Below are positions 27,615-36,232 of a stretch of 64,000 nucleotides of DNA, one piece after another. The notes beneath the pieces are model-generated. The model worked only from the letters and a program-made list of their open reading frames with translations, was not told the origin of the DNA and searched no databases. The position numbers and the translations under genes are program-made. This DNA is from an uncultured Candidatus Saccharibacteria bacterium (GTDB lineage: Bacteria > Patescibacteriota > Minisyncoccia > Phycocordibacterales > PALSA-1337): contig CAYHNH010000003.1 in the NCBI GenBank assembly GCA_964358005.1, positions 16,334-80,333 on the forward strand, given 5' to 3'. Within the stretch, counting starts at the first letter, position 1; the number at the start of each line of letters is the position of its first letter.

Positions 27615-28250
27615 TCAATCCTCGGGGTTCGACAGGGCGAGCTGCCACCAGTTCCTGGGGAGTGCCCCCATGAAGACGATATAACCGAGGCGTGAACGGG
27701 TGATTGAGTCACCTGCCACGATCCGGAAACCCGCCTTATGGGTATGGGCGACCTTGAACTTCTGTTCGTTGTCGGGGTTATAACTGACCGTCCGCTTCGG
27801 GAAGGTGTGGACGGCCTGGCCATCCACACAATACTGGAAGGGGACATTGTCCACGATGCCGACCTCGATCGAGTAACCTGCCGGCACGTCGATCTCCTCG
27901 ATCGTGCGACCTGTGCTGACCGTGAAGCTACCATACTTCAGGATCGGCGGCCGAGATGGCATGGCCGGAGCAGCATACGCCTGCGGCGTTTGCTGCTGAT
28001 AGGCCATGGCCGGCGGGGGTTGGAACTGTCCGCCCCCCTGCAGTGCCCGCTGGGCCTGCTGCGCCGCGGCCGCTTGCCGCTTCGCCGCCGCCTCTTCGCG
28101 CCGGGCCGCCTTGGCTTCCTCGACCTCCGCGTAGTTCACGCGAAAGCCATTGATGAGGACTCCCAGGAGGACCAGTGCCACGGCCCCGATCAGGAGCCAT
28201 TTCAACGTTTTCGGGTTCTGAGTTTTGTTGTTTTTTTTGTCTGCGCTCAT
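27615..28250 (-). CDS. Hypothetical membrane-anchored protein
   Basis: N-terminal TM, Ala/Gln-rich coil, beta-rich C-terminus; start overlaps the upstream stop. Confidence 0.65.
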   Translation of the reverse strand: MSADKKNNKTQNPKTLKWLLIGAVALVLLGVLINGFRVNYAEVEEAKAARREEAAAKRQAAAAQQAQRALQGGGQFQPPPAMAYQQQTPQAYAAPAMPSRPPILKYGSFTVSTGRTIEEIDVPAGYSIEVGIVDNVPFQYCVDGQAVHTFPKRTVSYNPDNEQKFKVAHTHKAGFRIVAGDSITRSRLGYIVFMGALPRNWWQLALSNPED

Positions 28251-29389
28251 TAGTTGCCTTTCTTGTTGTTGGATTTTTTGCCCAGCGTCGATGTGTCGGT
28301 CAACGCTATGTTACTGATGCCGCCCCTGCCACCCTCGATGCGGGTGACGCGCTGATCGCGCATGAGGCGGGCCTTCTGGAACTTTTCCCACATCTGTTCC
28401 CAGGTGCCGATCCTGGAGGCCTTCATATACATCTCGACGATCTCCAGATTCGTCTTGGTCTCGGCCACTTCGGCCAGACGGTCGAACACTTCGCGAGCTT
28501 GCGCTCTCATAGCCTCCAGGATGTCATCCGGCAGATCGAATTTGGCTTGTATCTGCCTGACTTCGATGCCAAACGTCTCACCCTCGAAGATGTGCTCAAG
28601 TTCAGCCTCCATCGGGCCTGCCAGGAATTGCTTCGGGTCGGTGACTACTTGATGACTGCTCAGTCCTACCGCCCGCGCCTTGGTGTCCTGGACCACGATG
28701 CCGTCGAGCAGGGGCTTGATGCCATCCCACTTTCCGGCCTGGACGAAGTCGACCGCATCGCTGAGGTCAACCTCGAACCGTCCATCGATCTCTCCATCCA
28801 AGGGAACCTGATCCACCCCGCAGATTATCTGCATGTGAAATTCGAGATTCTTGTCCGTGATGTCGATCGGGTCGGTATCGATGTGGAATGGCCAGATTGG
28901 TAAGACCAAGGTTCTTCCTCCTACTGTGATACCGCCGTTCTCTTGATCAATGTAGGCATCCCAGCATTTGAGGAGGCCGGCAGTCCGTGGATCGGATGGG
29001 TGAACCTTTTCACCTTTCCACCAGATCAGGATACCTAGCACCAATGGCGGAAGCCCGAAGGGATTTCCGAGAAGGGACAGGGTGATTCCTGACCCGACGA
29101 GTAATATGCAGACCATGAGGATGGAGAGCGTAATGCCGTTCGCAAATGGCTTCAGGCTCGGCGCAGACGTCTCGTGACGCTTTTTGCGCTTCGCCTTCTG
29201 ACCATCGTCTGTCACTTGCGGCTTCTCGGCTTTCGCCAGGGAAGCACGCGAGTTGATCATGAGCATGATTATGGCAACGACAGCCATTATCAGTCCGATC
29301 CCTATCAGTATGTTACCGATGTTCATTTGGACGCTAGTTTCGAGCCGTCCCGGAATGGGAGGCTCATTGGTTGAGGATTGAGTTTTCAA
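28250..29389 (-). CDS. Membrane protein with SPFH/band-7-like domain
   Basis: 3 N-terminal TMs; later FGIEVRQI..FDLPDDILEAM resembles the SPFH C-terminal motif; start uncertain. Confidence 0.55.
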   Translation of the reverse strand: MKTQSSTNEPPIPGRLETSVQMNIGNILIGIGLIMAVVAIIMLMINSRASLAKAEKPQVTDDGQKAKRKKRHETSAPSLKPFANGITLSILMVCILLVGSGITLSLLGNPFGLPPLVLGILIWWKGEKVHPSDPRTAGLLKCWDAYIDQENGGITVGGRTLVLPIWPFHIDTDPIDITDKNLEFHMQIICGVDQVPLDGEIDGRFEVDLSDAVDFVQAGKWDGIKPLLDGIVVQDTKARAVGLSSHQVVTDPKQFLAGPMEAELEHIFEGETFGIEVRQIQAKFDLPDDILEAMRAQAREVFDRLAEVAETKTNLEIVEMYMKASRIGTWEQMWEKFQKARLMRDQRVTRIEGGRGGISNIALTDTSTLGKKSNNKKGN

Positions 29390-29422
29390 CGTGCTTTCGT
29401 ACGTTGGTATTGACTGGTGTTA

Positions 29423-29451
29423 ATAGTAGCACTTTTGGGTATGTTTGTCAA
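29423..29451 (-). promoter_or_regulatory. Sigma70 promoter
   Basis: TTGACA-17 bp-TACTAT with extended TG on the minus strand. Confidence 0.6.
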
Positions 29452-29507
29452 GTAATAAAATGGCTCAAAATATGGGTTATTGGGCGTAGGCAGCTCAAAT
29501 TTGGGAC

Positions 29508-29541
29508 AAAAAAGCGCCCCCGATGCAAGCATCAGGGGCGT
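29508..29541 (-). terminator. Intrinsic terminator
   Basis: CGCCCC.GATGC-AA-GCATC.GGGGCG hairpin plus A6. Confidence 0.7.
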
Positions 29542-29604
29542 TGTGTTCTTCGCTATGGATCCCTGCGGACCCTGGAGGAAGAACGTCACGAGTAGAGACC
29601 TTCG

Positions 29605-31347
29605 TCAGTAGCGGAAATGACCGCTGTAGACGACGGGATCGACTCGGGTGTGGCCTCGGAAGGCCGGGGGGAGCGGCAGCGGGTTCACGACCGGCACCAC
29701 ATACTGCATCCGTTCAACCGGTGCGCAGTAGGCGGGATTGTAGCTTTGGCCGTAATCGGCGTAGGCCACCTGCCCGTAGTTGGTCTGCTGCTGGGGCGCT
29801 CGGACGAGCGTCCCATTCTGCTCCGGCGGCGAGCGGTAAAGCTCTTCGCCGGGGTAGGGGTGCGGAACGATGGCACTTACAGGCTTCGCCCCCAGCTGCG
29901 GCCCTTGCGGAGCGGCCGACTCGGGTTGAACCCGCGGTCCTTCATCCGGCATCTCGCGACGCGAGCGACCGGACTGGACTGGGGCGGGCTGGAAGCCCTG
30001 ACCCTGGTGCGGCTGACCCTGGACGACCTGGGGCGCCGCGGGCTGCACGTAGATCACCTGCGGGGCAGGCGCTGCCGCTGCCGGTTGAGCCGGCTGCGAC
30101 GGAACGGGCGCCCAGGGTTGGTGGATCGCATGCATGCTGTAGGATTGCCAGGCCATGAAGGCCAGGCAGCCCAGGATCAGCACGATGACGAACACCAGCG
30201 CCCAGAGCCACGGGGACCCGGACTTCGACGACTTGGTCGTGCGCTCCGAGGTGGTCGTTGCCGACCTCCGCGAACCGCCGCGACGCTTGTCATCGTCGTC
30301 ATCCGAACTGCCACCACCGGAGCCACCACCACCGAACTTCGCGAGAAGCTCGGAGTGGCGCTTGTTCGCATCGGAATCCGAGCGAGCAAAACCGTCGTTG
30401 ACGGTGCCGGCGAGCTGCGTGACCTGGTTCTTCAGCGCTTCCAGCTCCGTGCGGAGCTTGGTGGCCTCATCCTTGGTCGCCGCGTTGCCGATCTTCGTGC
30501 GAAGCTCGGCCATCTCGCGCTCGATCGCGATGATACGGGCGTCGTTGTTGCCAGCAGGCTGGTTGCCGCCGCCGGTGTTGTCACCAGGCTTCGGCTTCTC
30601 AACGTGTTGCAACGCCAGGACGTGCTCGGGGAGGAGTTCGAACACACAGGTGCCCGGCTCGCTCTTGTTGCCGTCCTTGTCGAACGACACGACCGAGACC
30701 ACGAGCTCGTCGCCCGCGGGGTTCAGCTTCGGCTTGTTGCCGAGCAGGACCTCGAGATGACCGTGCGTCACCCCGTCCTTGTCGATCGCCTTGTCGGCCG
30801 CGTTGGCCGTCATGGGCCCGAAGCTGTCACCGGCCTTGTTCTTGGCCGAAATGACGTGCTTCACGACGGACGGTTCTTCCGTCGTGATCCGGAGGAAGAG
30901 CCCACCACGGGTCTCTTCCTTCCGCTTGTTCGTGCGCTTGACGTCCGGCTTCTTCACGGCTTTCTTGCCGGCGCTCGCGCCACTGCCGCCACCACTTGTG
31001 CCGGACGCATTGGCCATGACTTCCGTCACGGTCATCGCGTCGAGGGTGGTTTGGCCAGTGGCCATTTCGGCGGCGGGCGTGCTGTTGGCGTCCGTCACCT
31101 TGATCTCGACATCGATCGGCTCTCCGACCACGATGTCCGTGATCGGGTTCTTGGTTTGGAGTTGGAGTTTGGTGATGTCGAACTGCAGCTTGTCCGACAC
31201 CATGTCACTGCGAGCGATCGTTCCAAGCCAGAGCAGCGTGCCCTTGGCGTTGGTGACCGTAGCGGTGACGTGGGTGGTATCTGCAGAGAGGCTTTCCAAG
31301 TAGACTTGGGCACCCTCGATTTTGGTAACATTGGGCTTCGTTGGCAT
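29605..31347 (-). CDS. Hypothetical bitopic membrane protein (beta-rich N-domains, coiled coil, TM, Pro/Gln-rich tail)
   Basis: 580 aa with strong GC3 codon bias; own promoter and terminator. Confidence 0.7.
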   Translation of the reverse strand: MPTKPNVTKIEGAQVYLESLSADTTHVTATVTNAKGTLLWLGTIARSDMVSDKLQFDITKLQLQTKNPITDIVVGEPIDVEIKVTDANSTPAAEMATGQTTLDAMTVTEVMANASGTSGGGSGASAGKKAVKKPDVKRTNKRKEETRGGLFLRITTEEPSVVKHVISAKNKAGDSFGPMTANAADKAIDKDGVTHGHLEVLLGNKPKLNPAGDELVVSVVSFDKDGNKSEPGTCVFELLPEHVLALQHVEKPKPGDNTGGGNQPAGNNDARIIAIEREMAELRTKIGNAATKDEATKLRTELEALKNQVTQLAGTVNDGFARSDSDANKRHSELLAKFGGGGSGGGSSDDDDDKRRGGSRRSATTTSERTTKSSKSGSPWLWALVFVIVLILGCLAFMAWQSYSMHAIHQPWAPVPSQPAQPAAAAPAPQVIYVQPAAPQVVQGQPHQGQGFQPAPVQSGRSRREMPDEGPRVQPESAAPQGPQLGAKPVSAIVPHPYPGEELYRSPPEQNGTLVRAPQQQTNYGQVAYADYGQSYNPAYCAPVERMQYVVPVVNPLPLPPAFRGHTRVDPVVYSGHFRY

Positions 31348-31531
31348 GGTTCTGACTTCCGGTAATGACCGCGCTTTTTGAAGGCGCAGGTCGGGTTTAG
31401 TTGTTCATTTCAACCCACCTGCGCTTGCGCGAAAGGGGCCGAACTGATGCTTTCACAGACAAAAGTATTCGGCTGTCAACAGGATGCTTGATCCTGGGGC
31501 TACACAGCCCTGAACTATGAATTCTTGTACA

Positions 31532-31560
31532 ATGATACTACATATAGAGGTAAAAGTCAA
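31532..31560 (-). promoter_or_regulatory. Sigma70 promoter followed by a ~180-nt structured leader
   Basis: TTGACT-17 bp-TATCAT on the minus strand. Confidence 0.55.
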
Positions 31561-31617
31561 GGGCAGATGAAATATAACTATAATATCGAATAAAGGCTCA
31601 AGTTTGCTGTTTTCTAG

Positions 31618-31657
31618 AAAAAAAGAAGGCCCGCAGTCATAAATGACGGCTGGGCCC
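31618..31657 (-). terminator. Intrinsic terminator
   Basis: GGCCC-GC-GTCAT...ATGAC-GC-GGGCC hairpin plus A run. Confidence 0.65.
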
Positions 31658-31696
31658 TCCTCGTAGAGGATTGAAACTAACTCTTTTTGATAAACA

Positions 31697-33181
31697 TTAT
31701 CTGAGGTTACGATCGCACCAGTTCCTGGCAGGAACCGGATGGAACGCTGACTGGAGCAGGCCGAGCGCGCCTGTCGTCGGATCCCTTCCGACCAGTTCTT
31801 CCCAGGGGATGTAGGTGGGGTGGCGGTCGATCGTGTTACTGCCATTCAGGAACATTTCACCTTTCTTGAAGTAGTACCACAGACCGTCGTCACCATCGCC
31901 TTCCTGACCGCACTGCTCGAACGAGGGAAGCAGTTTCCGTCCGAGCTTCTTCAGCTCGAATATACGGATCATGCGCACGGGATACTCGAGGATGCCGGCA
32001 TAGCGATAGGTGGCCTTCGAACCAGTCACGCACAGCTTGAGCTCCTCGTCAGAGAAGATCTGCACGTTACCGGTCTTCTTGGCCCGGACCACCGTGACGC
32101 CTGGCATCTTCTTGTCGTCGGGGATGTGCTTCTGAAGCAGATTCCGACAATGCCTGGCCGCCTTGTGCGCATTCCGGCTGTCCGTCGTCGTGGCGCTCAG
32201 CAGGATGATCCGCTCCTCGCCATCGAGAAGCGCCCGAACGAAGATGGGCGCCTCCTTGCTCTGCCTGTCGACCTCGGACCAGAAGTCCGCTTGGTCGATA
32301 TGCATCGCCACGAAGGCATACTCGAGCAGGTCTGCGATGTCCTGTTCCGTGGTCGCCACATCCTTGGCGCTGGTCCGCGCCATCGCTTCGACTCCGAAGG
32401 CCAGTTCCGTGACGTAAGTTCGGTCTGCGCCTTCTTTGTCGGGAACGAATGTCGCTTTGCGTTGCATGCTGCCATGCATGCGCTGGAACAGGCTGCTGCG
32501 GATGCGCGGTTCCATCGGGCCGTTGGCCTCCTCCCAATCGCCGAGCCACTTGCGGAAGTAGTCGACGAGGTTCTTCTCTCCGGGGGGACGCTCCAGCTTG
32601 ACCGAAGCCATGATCTGGCTCTCGCGAGTGATGATCGCAATGATCAGCGGCTCAATGAAGCTAAAGATCCTCTTGGCGGCGTCGACATTTCGACGATTGT
32701 CCACCTTGATGAGCTCAGCTAGCATCGTCGACCGACAACCACTCTCGGTGTCGCACCGCAGGACTTCTGCCAGAAGCCGCCGCAGCGCCGCCACGTCCTC
32801 CTTCTTAAGGTAGTTCGCGACGAGCCGAGTCGAACACCATCCGGGCATGCGGTCGCCACCTTCCTTCAGGTGCTCGTTGAAGCGACACTTGTCGCCAGTT
32901 CCGAACGGCAGGATGCCGTCCGCGTCGAACTGTTCCTCTGTGCCGGTCATGTCGCCGAAGACGATGTTCCGGTCCCGCAAGGCTTTGCGGATACCGGGGA
33001 ACACGTCTTCGCCGAACAGTGCCGCCACTATCGCTCCAGCGACTTCGTCAAGGTGTGGCGATGGATGCATCGCCAGTTTCTTGACTGGGATCACTGGTAC
33101 CGGGTATGCGAACCCGGTGAACGTCGGGTTTATGAACCCTGCTGACGCTATCATGGGAGTCCTTTGGTTGATGAGGCCCAT
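31697..33181 (-). CDS. Hypothetical protein with MYG1/DHH-like N-terminal motifs
   Basis: H..PHLDE, GTG...FNEH and CSTRLVANYL resemble DHH/MYG1 phosphoesterase motifs; promoter TTGACT-18-TATAAT at 33258-33287. Confidence 0.55.
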   Translation of the reverse strand: MGLINQRTPMIASAGFINPTFTGFAYPVPVIPVKKLAMHPSPHLDEVAGAIVAALFGEDVFPGIRKALRDRNIVFGDMTGTEEQFDADGILPFGTGDKCRFNEHLKEGGDRMPGWCSTRLVANYLKKEDVAALRRLLAEVLRCDTESGCRSTMLAELIKVDNRRNVDAAKRIFSFIEPLIIAIITRESQIMASVKLERPPGEKNLVDYFRKWLGDWEEANGPMEPRIRSSLFQRMHGSMQRKATFVPDKEGADRTYVTELAFGVEAMARTSAKDVATTEQDIADLLEYAFVAMHIDQADFWSEVDRQSKEAPIFVRALLDGEERIILLSATTTDSRNAHKAARHCRNLLQKHIPDDKKMPGVTVVRAKKTGNVQIFSDEELKLCVTGSKATYRYAGILEYPVRMIRIFELKKLGRKLLPSFEQCGQEGDGDDGLWYYFKKGEMFLNGSNTIDRHPTYIPWEELVGRDPTTGALGLLQSAFHPVPARNWCDRNLR

Positions 33182-33311
33182 GCCTCGTTTTTGGTTTTGG
33201 GAAATAGCGCTGTTCTCTCAGATATGTTGTAAAGAACGGAGAAACCAGCTGAGGCGCATTATATCACATAATTAAGCTATAAGTCAATATACTCTGTAAA
33301 TGTCAATTTTG

Positions 33312-33393
33312 TGGGCACGGGGAGACTCGAACTCCCAAGTCTTGCGACACATGGTCCTAAGCCATGCGCGTATACCAATTCCGCCACGTGCCC
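33312..33393 (-). tRNA. tRNA-Leu(TAG)
   Basis: GGGCACGTGGCGGAATTGGTATACGC...CTTAGGA loop, variable arm, GTTCGAGTC. Confidence 0.93.
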
Positions 33394-33429
33394 ATGCCTC
33401 GATAATAATACACGAAACCTTTGCCTTTG

Positions 33430-33502
33430 TGCGCCCAGTAGGGATCGAACCTACGACCTTGTCCTTAAGAGGGACCTGCTCTACCAGCTGAGCTATGGGC
33501 GC
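33430..33502 (-). tRNA. tRNA-Lys(CTT)
   Basis: GCGCCCATAGCTCAGCTGGTAGAGC...CTCTTAA loop...GGTTCGATCC. Confidence 0.93.
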
Positions 33503-33585
33503 GAGTGAGGACGAAAGCGAGCGTTCCAACGCTCAGCTTTAGTCCGAGCGACGCGCCTATATGTCCTCATATGGGCGCGAGTGAG
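33494..33585. repeat. 16-bp duplication of tRNA-Lys 5' end enclosing a hairpin element
   Basis: TATGGGCGCGAGTGAG at 33494-33509 and 33570-33585; inverted partial copy at 33552-33561. Confidence 0.8.
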
Positions 33586-33670
33586 AAAAAATATACCAGA
33601 AAATGAGCTTTTGGGCAATTGACGAGGCGTACCCTTGAAATCCCACCGCCCATATGTCATACTGCATTCC

Positions 33671-33898
33671 ATGGTAAATCGAATGCGCTCTACGCGCTCC
33701 CACCGCAATAACAGAAGGTCGCATCATTCGCTCGATGCGGCACGCGTCTCGAAGTGCAGCAATTGCGCCGCAGCTCACAAGAGCCACGCGATCTGCATGA
33801 ATTGCGGCTGGTACAACGGACGCAAGGTCATCGACTTCGCCGTGAAGGCGGCCAAGCAGTCGAAGAAGATAGAGGCCAAGAAGGCGGCAGCGAAGTAG
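33671..33898 (+). CDS. rpmF: 50S ribosomal protein L32
   Basis: Basic N-terminus; CSNC...H.ICMNCGWYNGR. Confidence 0.92.
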   Translation: MVNRMRSTRSHRNNRRSHHSLDAARVSKCSNCAAAHKSHAICMNCGWYNGRKVIDFAVKAAKQSKKIEAKKAAAK

Positions 33899-33958
33899 GC
33901 AGGGCAGGTGGCGCGTTGCAAAATGGGCATGGTCTGGCAGTTTCAGAACTTTTAATAC

Positions 33959-34858
33959 ATGGCAAATCGACATCTCTCACGTTCAGTCGTACTGCAATCC
34001 CTCTTTGAATGGGATTTCTGTGGAGGGCACTCCGATCTGGAGCCGCTTATCGCCCGCAATATCAAGGAATTCGCACCAGGACTCACCGATCAGTCATTTG
34101 TAGATGATCTCATAAAAGGCGTCATCGCCAAGAAGAAAGAGCTCGATACTATCATCGAGAAGGCCGCTCCTGATTGGCCGATAGACAAGATATCGCCGGT
34201 AGACAGGAATGTCCTGCGCTTGGGGCTGTATGAGCTCCTGTTCGCTGACCGCGGTGAGGTGCCAGCCAAGGTCGCTATAAACGAGGCCATCGAGCTGGCC
34301 AAGACATTCGGGGGAGATACGAGCGGAAGATTCGTGAACGGCGTGCTCGGCGCGGTCTATAAGGAACTAGGCGAGCCGGGCAAAGAGGCGGCGCCGATGA
34401 AGAAAAAGAAGATACCAGATGTGCCGTTCGAGAGCATGCTCATCCAGCATCTCGGCGGGGCGGTGATATACGCGAAAAGCGGCAAAGACATATATCTCGC
34501 GTTCGTCCATGACATATTTGGGCATTGGACATTATCTAAGGGCAAGATAGCGGAGGGCATAGATCCGACCGAGGGCACAGTAGCGAAGGTCATGGAGGAA
34601 GTCGGTCTCGAGGTCAGGATAAAAGCCGACCTTGGCTCCAATGAATACGTGGCCAACGACCCGGAGCTCGGCAAGATCAGGAAGCAGGTGCACTATTATC
34701 TGGCCGAGTCGCCGTTCGTCGATCTCAAGCTGGCCAAGAAGCCCGGTCTAGATGACGCCAAATGGTTCAAGCTCTCCGACATCCTTGAGCTCAATTTTTA
34801 TAATGACATCCTGCCTATCGTCACTAAGGCGGTGACTATGCTTAGCGAACAAAAATGA
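33959..34858 (+). CDS. nusB: Transcription antitermination factor NusB fused to a NUDIX-like domain
   Basis: DRNVLRL, VAINEAIELAKTFG and FVNGVLG; C-terminal WTLSKG...EEVGL. Confidence 0.9.
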   Translation: MANRHLSRSVVLQSLFEWDFCGGHSDLEPLIARNIKEFAPGLTDQSFVDDLIKGVIAKKKELDTIIEKAAPDWPIDKISPVDRNVLRLGLYELLFADRGEVPAKVAINEAIELAKTFGGDTSGRFVNGVLGAVYKELGEPGKEAAPMKKKKIPDVPFESMLIQHLGGAVIYAKSGKDIYLAFVHDIFGHWTLSKGKIAEGIDPTEGTVAKVMEEVGLEVRIKADLGSNEYVANDPELGKIRKQVHYYLAESPFVDLKLAKKPGLDDAKWFKLSDILELNFYNDILPIVTKAVTMLSEQK

Positions 34859-35556
34859 CGACCATAAATTTCGAATCTCTGGCGGAGCATATCGGCGTGG
34901 CTTTTTCTGATATATCCATATTGCGGACGGCCTGCACGCACCGGTCGTATCTGAATGAGAACCGCGGCTCGGGCATGGAGCATAATGAGCGCCTTGAATT
35001 CCTGGGCGATGCGGTCCTCGAGCTGGTGGTGACCAGCTTTTTATACAGAAAATATCCGAAGAGGCAGGAAGGGGATCTGACGGCCTATCGGTCGGCTATC
35101 GTGAATACCGTGAGCCTGACGAAGGTCGCGGAGAGGATCGGCTTGGGCGACTACATGCTTTTGTCCCGTGGCGAATCCAAGGATACCGGCCGCGCGAGGT
35201 CGGTCATAATAGCGAACGCTGTCGAAGCCACGATCGGCGCTATCTATATAGACCAGGGCTATGACGCGGCGGGGCAGTTCGTAGCGGATCATATCCTGAA
35301 TGTCATAGATATAGAGAACATAGTCGAGAATAAATCTTGGATGGACGCCAAGAGCCGATTCCAGGAGATGGCGCAGGAGAAGACTGGTGTCACGCCGACT
35401 TACAGAACGCTGAAGGAGGCGGGACCGGATCATGACAAACAGTTCACTCTGGCGGTATTTCTAGGCGATGTGCAGGTTGCCATAGGCAGTGGGCCGTCTA
35501 AGCAGGAGGCGGAACAGCGCGCGGCTGAGAAGGGGCTTGAGGTGAAGGGGTGGTAA
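34855..35556 (+). CDS. rnc: Ribonuclease III
   Basis: HNERLEFLGDAVL and dsRBD GPDHDKQF...KQEAEQRAA. Confidence 0.96.
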   Translation: MTTINFESLAEHIGVAFSDISILRTACTHRSYLNENRGSGMEHNERLEFLGDAVLELVVTSFLYRKYPKRQEGDLTAYRSAIVNTVSLTKVAERIGLGDYMLLSRGESKDTGRARSVIIANAVEATIGAIYIDQGYDAAGQFVADHILNVIDIENIVENKSWMDAKSRFQEMAQEKTGVTPTYRTLKEAGPDHDKQFTLAVFLGDVQVAIGSGPSKQEAEQRAAEKGLEVKGW

Positions 35557-35595
35557 TTATTCTCATCTATCAACAACCGTAGCAGGACCTGAGTT

Positions 35596-35940
35596 TTATT
35601 CCATATAACCCTCGTAATCGCCGTTGTCGTATTTAGCCGGCTCAAACTTTATCTTCACACCTAGCGCTTTTGTCAGCTTTATCAACTGATAGAGAGTCGG
35701 GTTAGTGCGTCCTGATTCGATGCGCGCGATGTTTGACTGTGGTATGCCACAATGCTTCGATAGGTCATTCTGGCTCCATCCTTTTTCTTCGCGGTGACGC
35801 GCGAGATCTTTAAAAATCTCGAACATAAGGCTAAGGTAGCCGAATGATCCGCCGTCCTTAGAATTTTTAAGGTCGGTGAAGATGAATTCGGTGTATTTTT
35901 TAGGTGGTGGAACAAATGGTACGTATGACATCGCGGGCAT
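35596..35940 (-). CDS. XRE-family HTH transcriptional regulator
   Basis: GWSQNDLSKHCGIPQSNIARIESGRTNPTL; start uncertain (35940 or 35931). Confidence 0.8.
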   Translation of the reverse strand: MPAMSYVPFVPPPKKYTEFIFTDLKNSKDGGSFGYLSLMFEIFKDLARHREEKGWSQNDLSKHCGIPQSNIARIESGRTNPTLYQLIKLTKALGVKIKFEPAKYDNGDYEGYME

Positions 35941-36044
35941 TTTATCAGTTCTGTTGAGATTGTGCATCAAAAAATAACTGGGAGCAAAAAATGCAGATAG
36001 GTGGAACAAGGGCAGGCGGGGGGTAAGGGTGTTCCAGTACAGGC

Positions 36045-36113
36045 CCTATATCATCTTTGATATAGGTTTTTCGCGTAAAACGACGAGAATTCCCTATATC
36101 ATATATGATATAG
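36045..36113. promoter_or_regulatory. Pair of palindromic operator-like sites CTATATCA-N4-TGATATAG
   Basis: CCTATATCA-TCTT-TGATATAGG at 36045-36066 and CTATATCA-TATA-TGATATAG at 36094-36113. Confidence 0.7.
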
Positions 36114-36232
36114 CCCACGGGAATGAGAACGTGTGCCCCCTGCCAGAAGCGCACACAACCAAACGCGGTGCTCCACATATTCACGCCCAATTTTCGACTT
36201 TTTACGCTACAATTAGGCGACATCCCAATAGA

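Noticed and set aside
29617-31365. 582-aa ORF antisense to the 580-aa orphan
   Set aside because: In-register shadow ORF caused by extreme GC3 bias; the promoter and terminator support only the minus-strand gene
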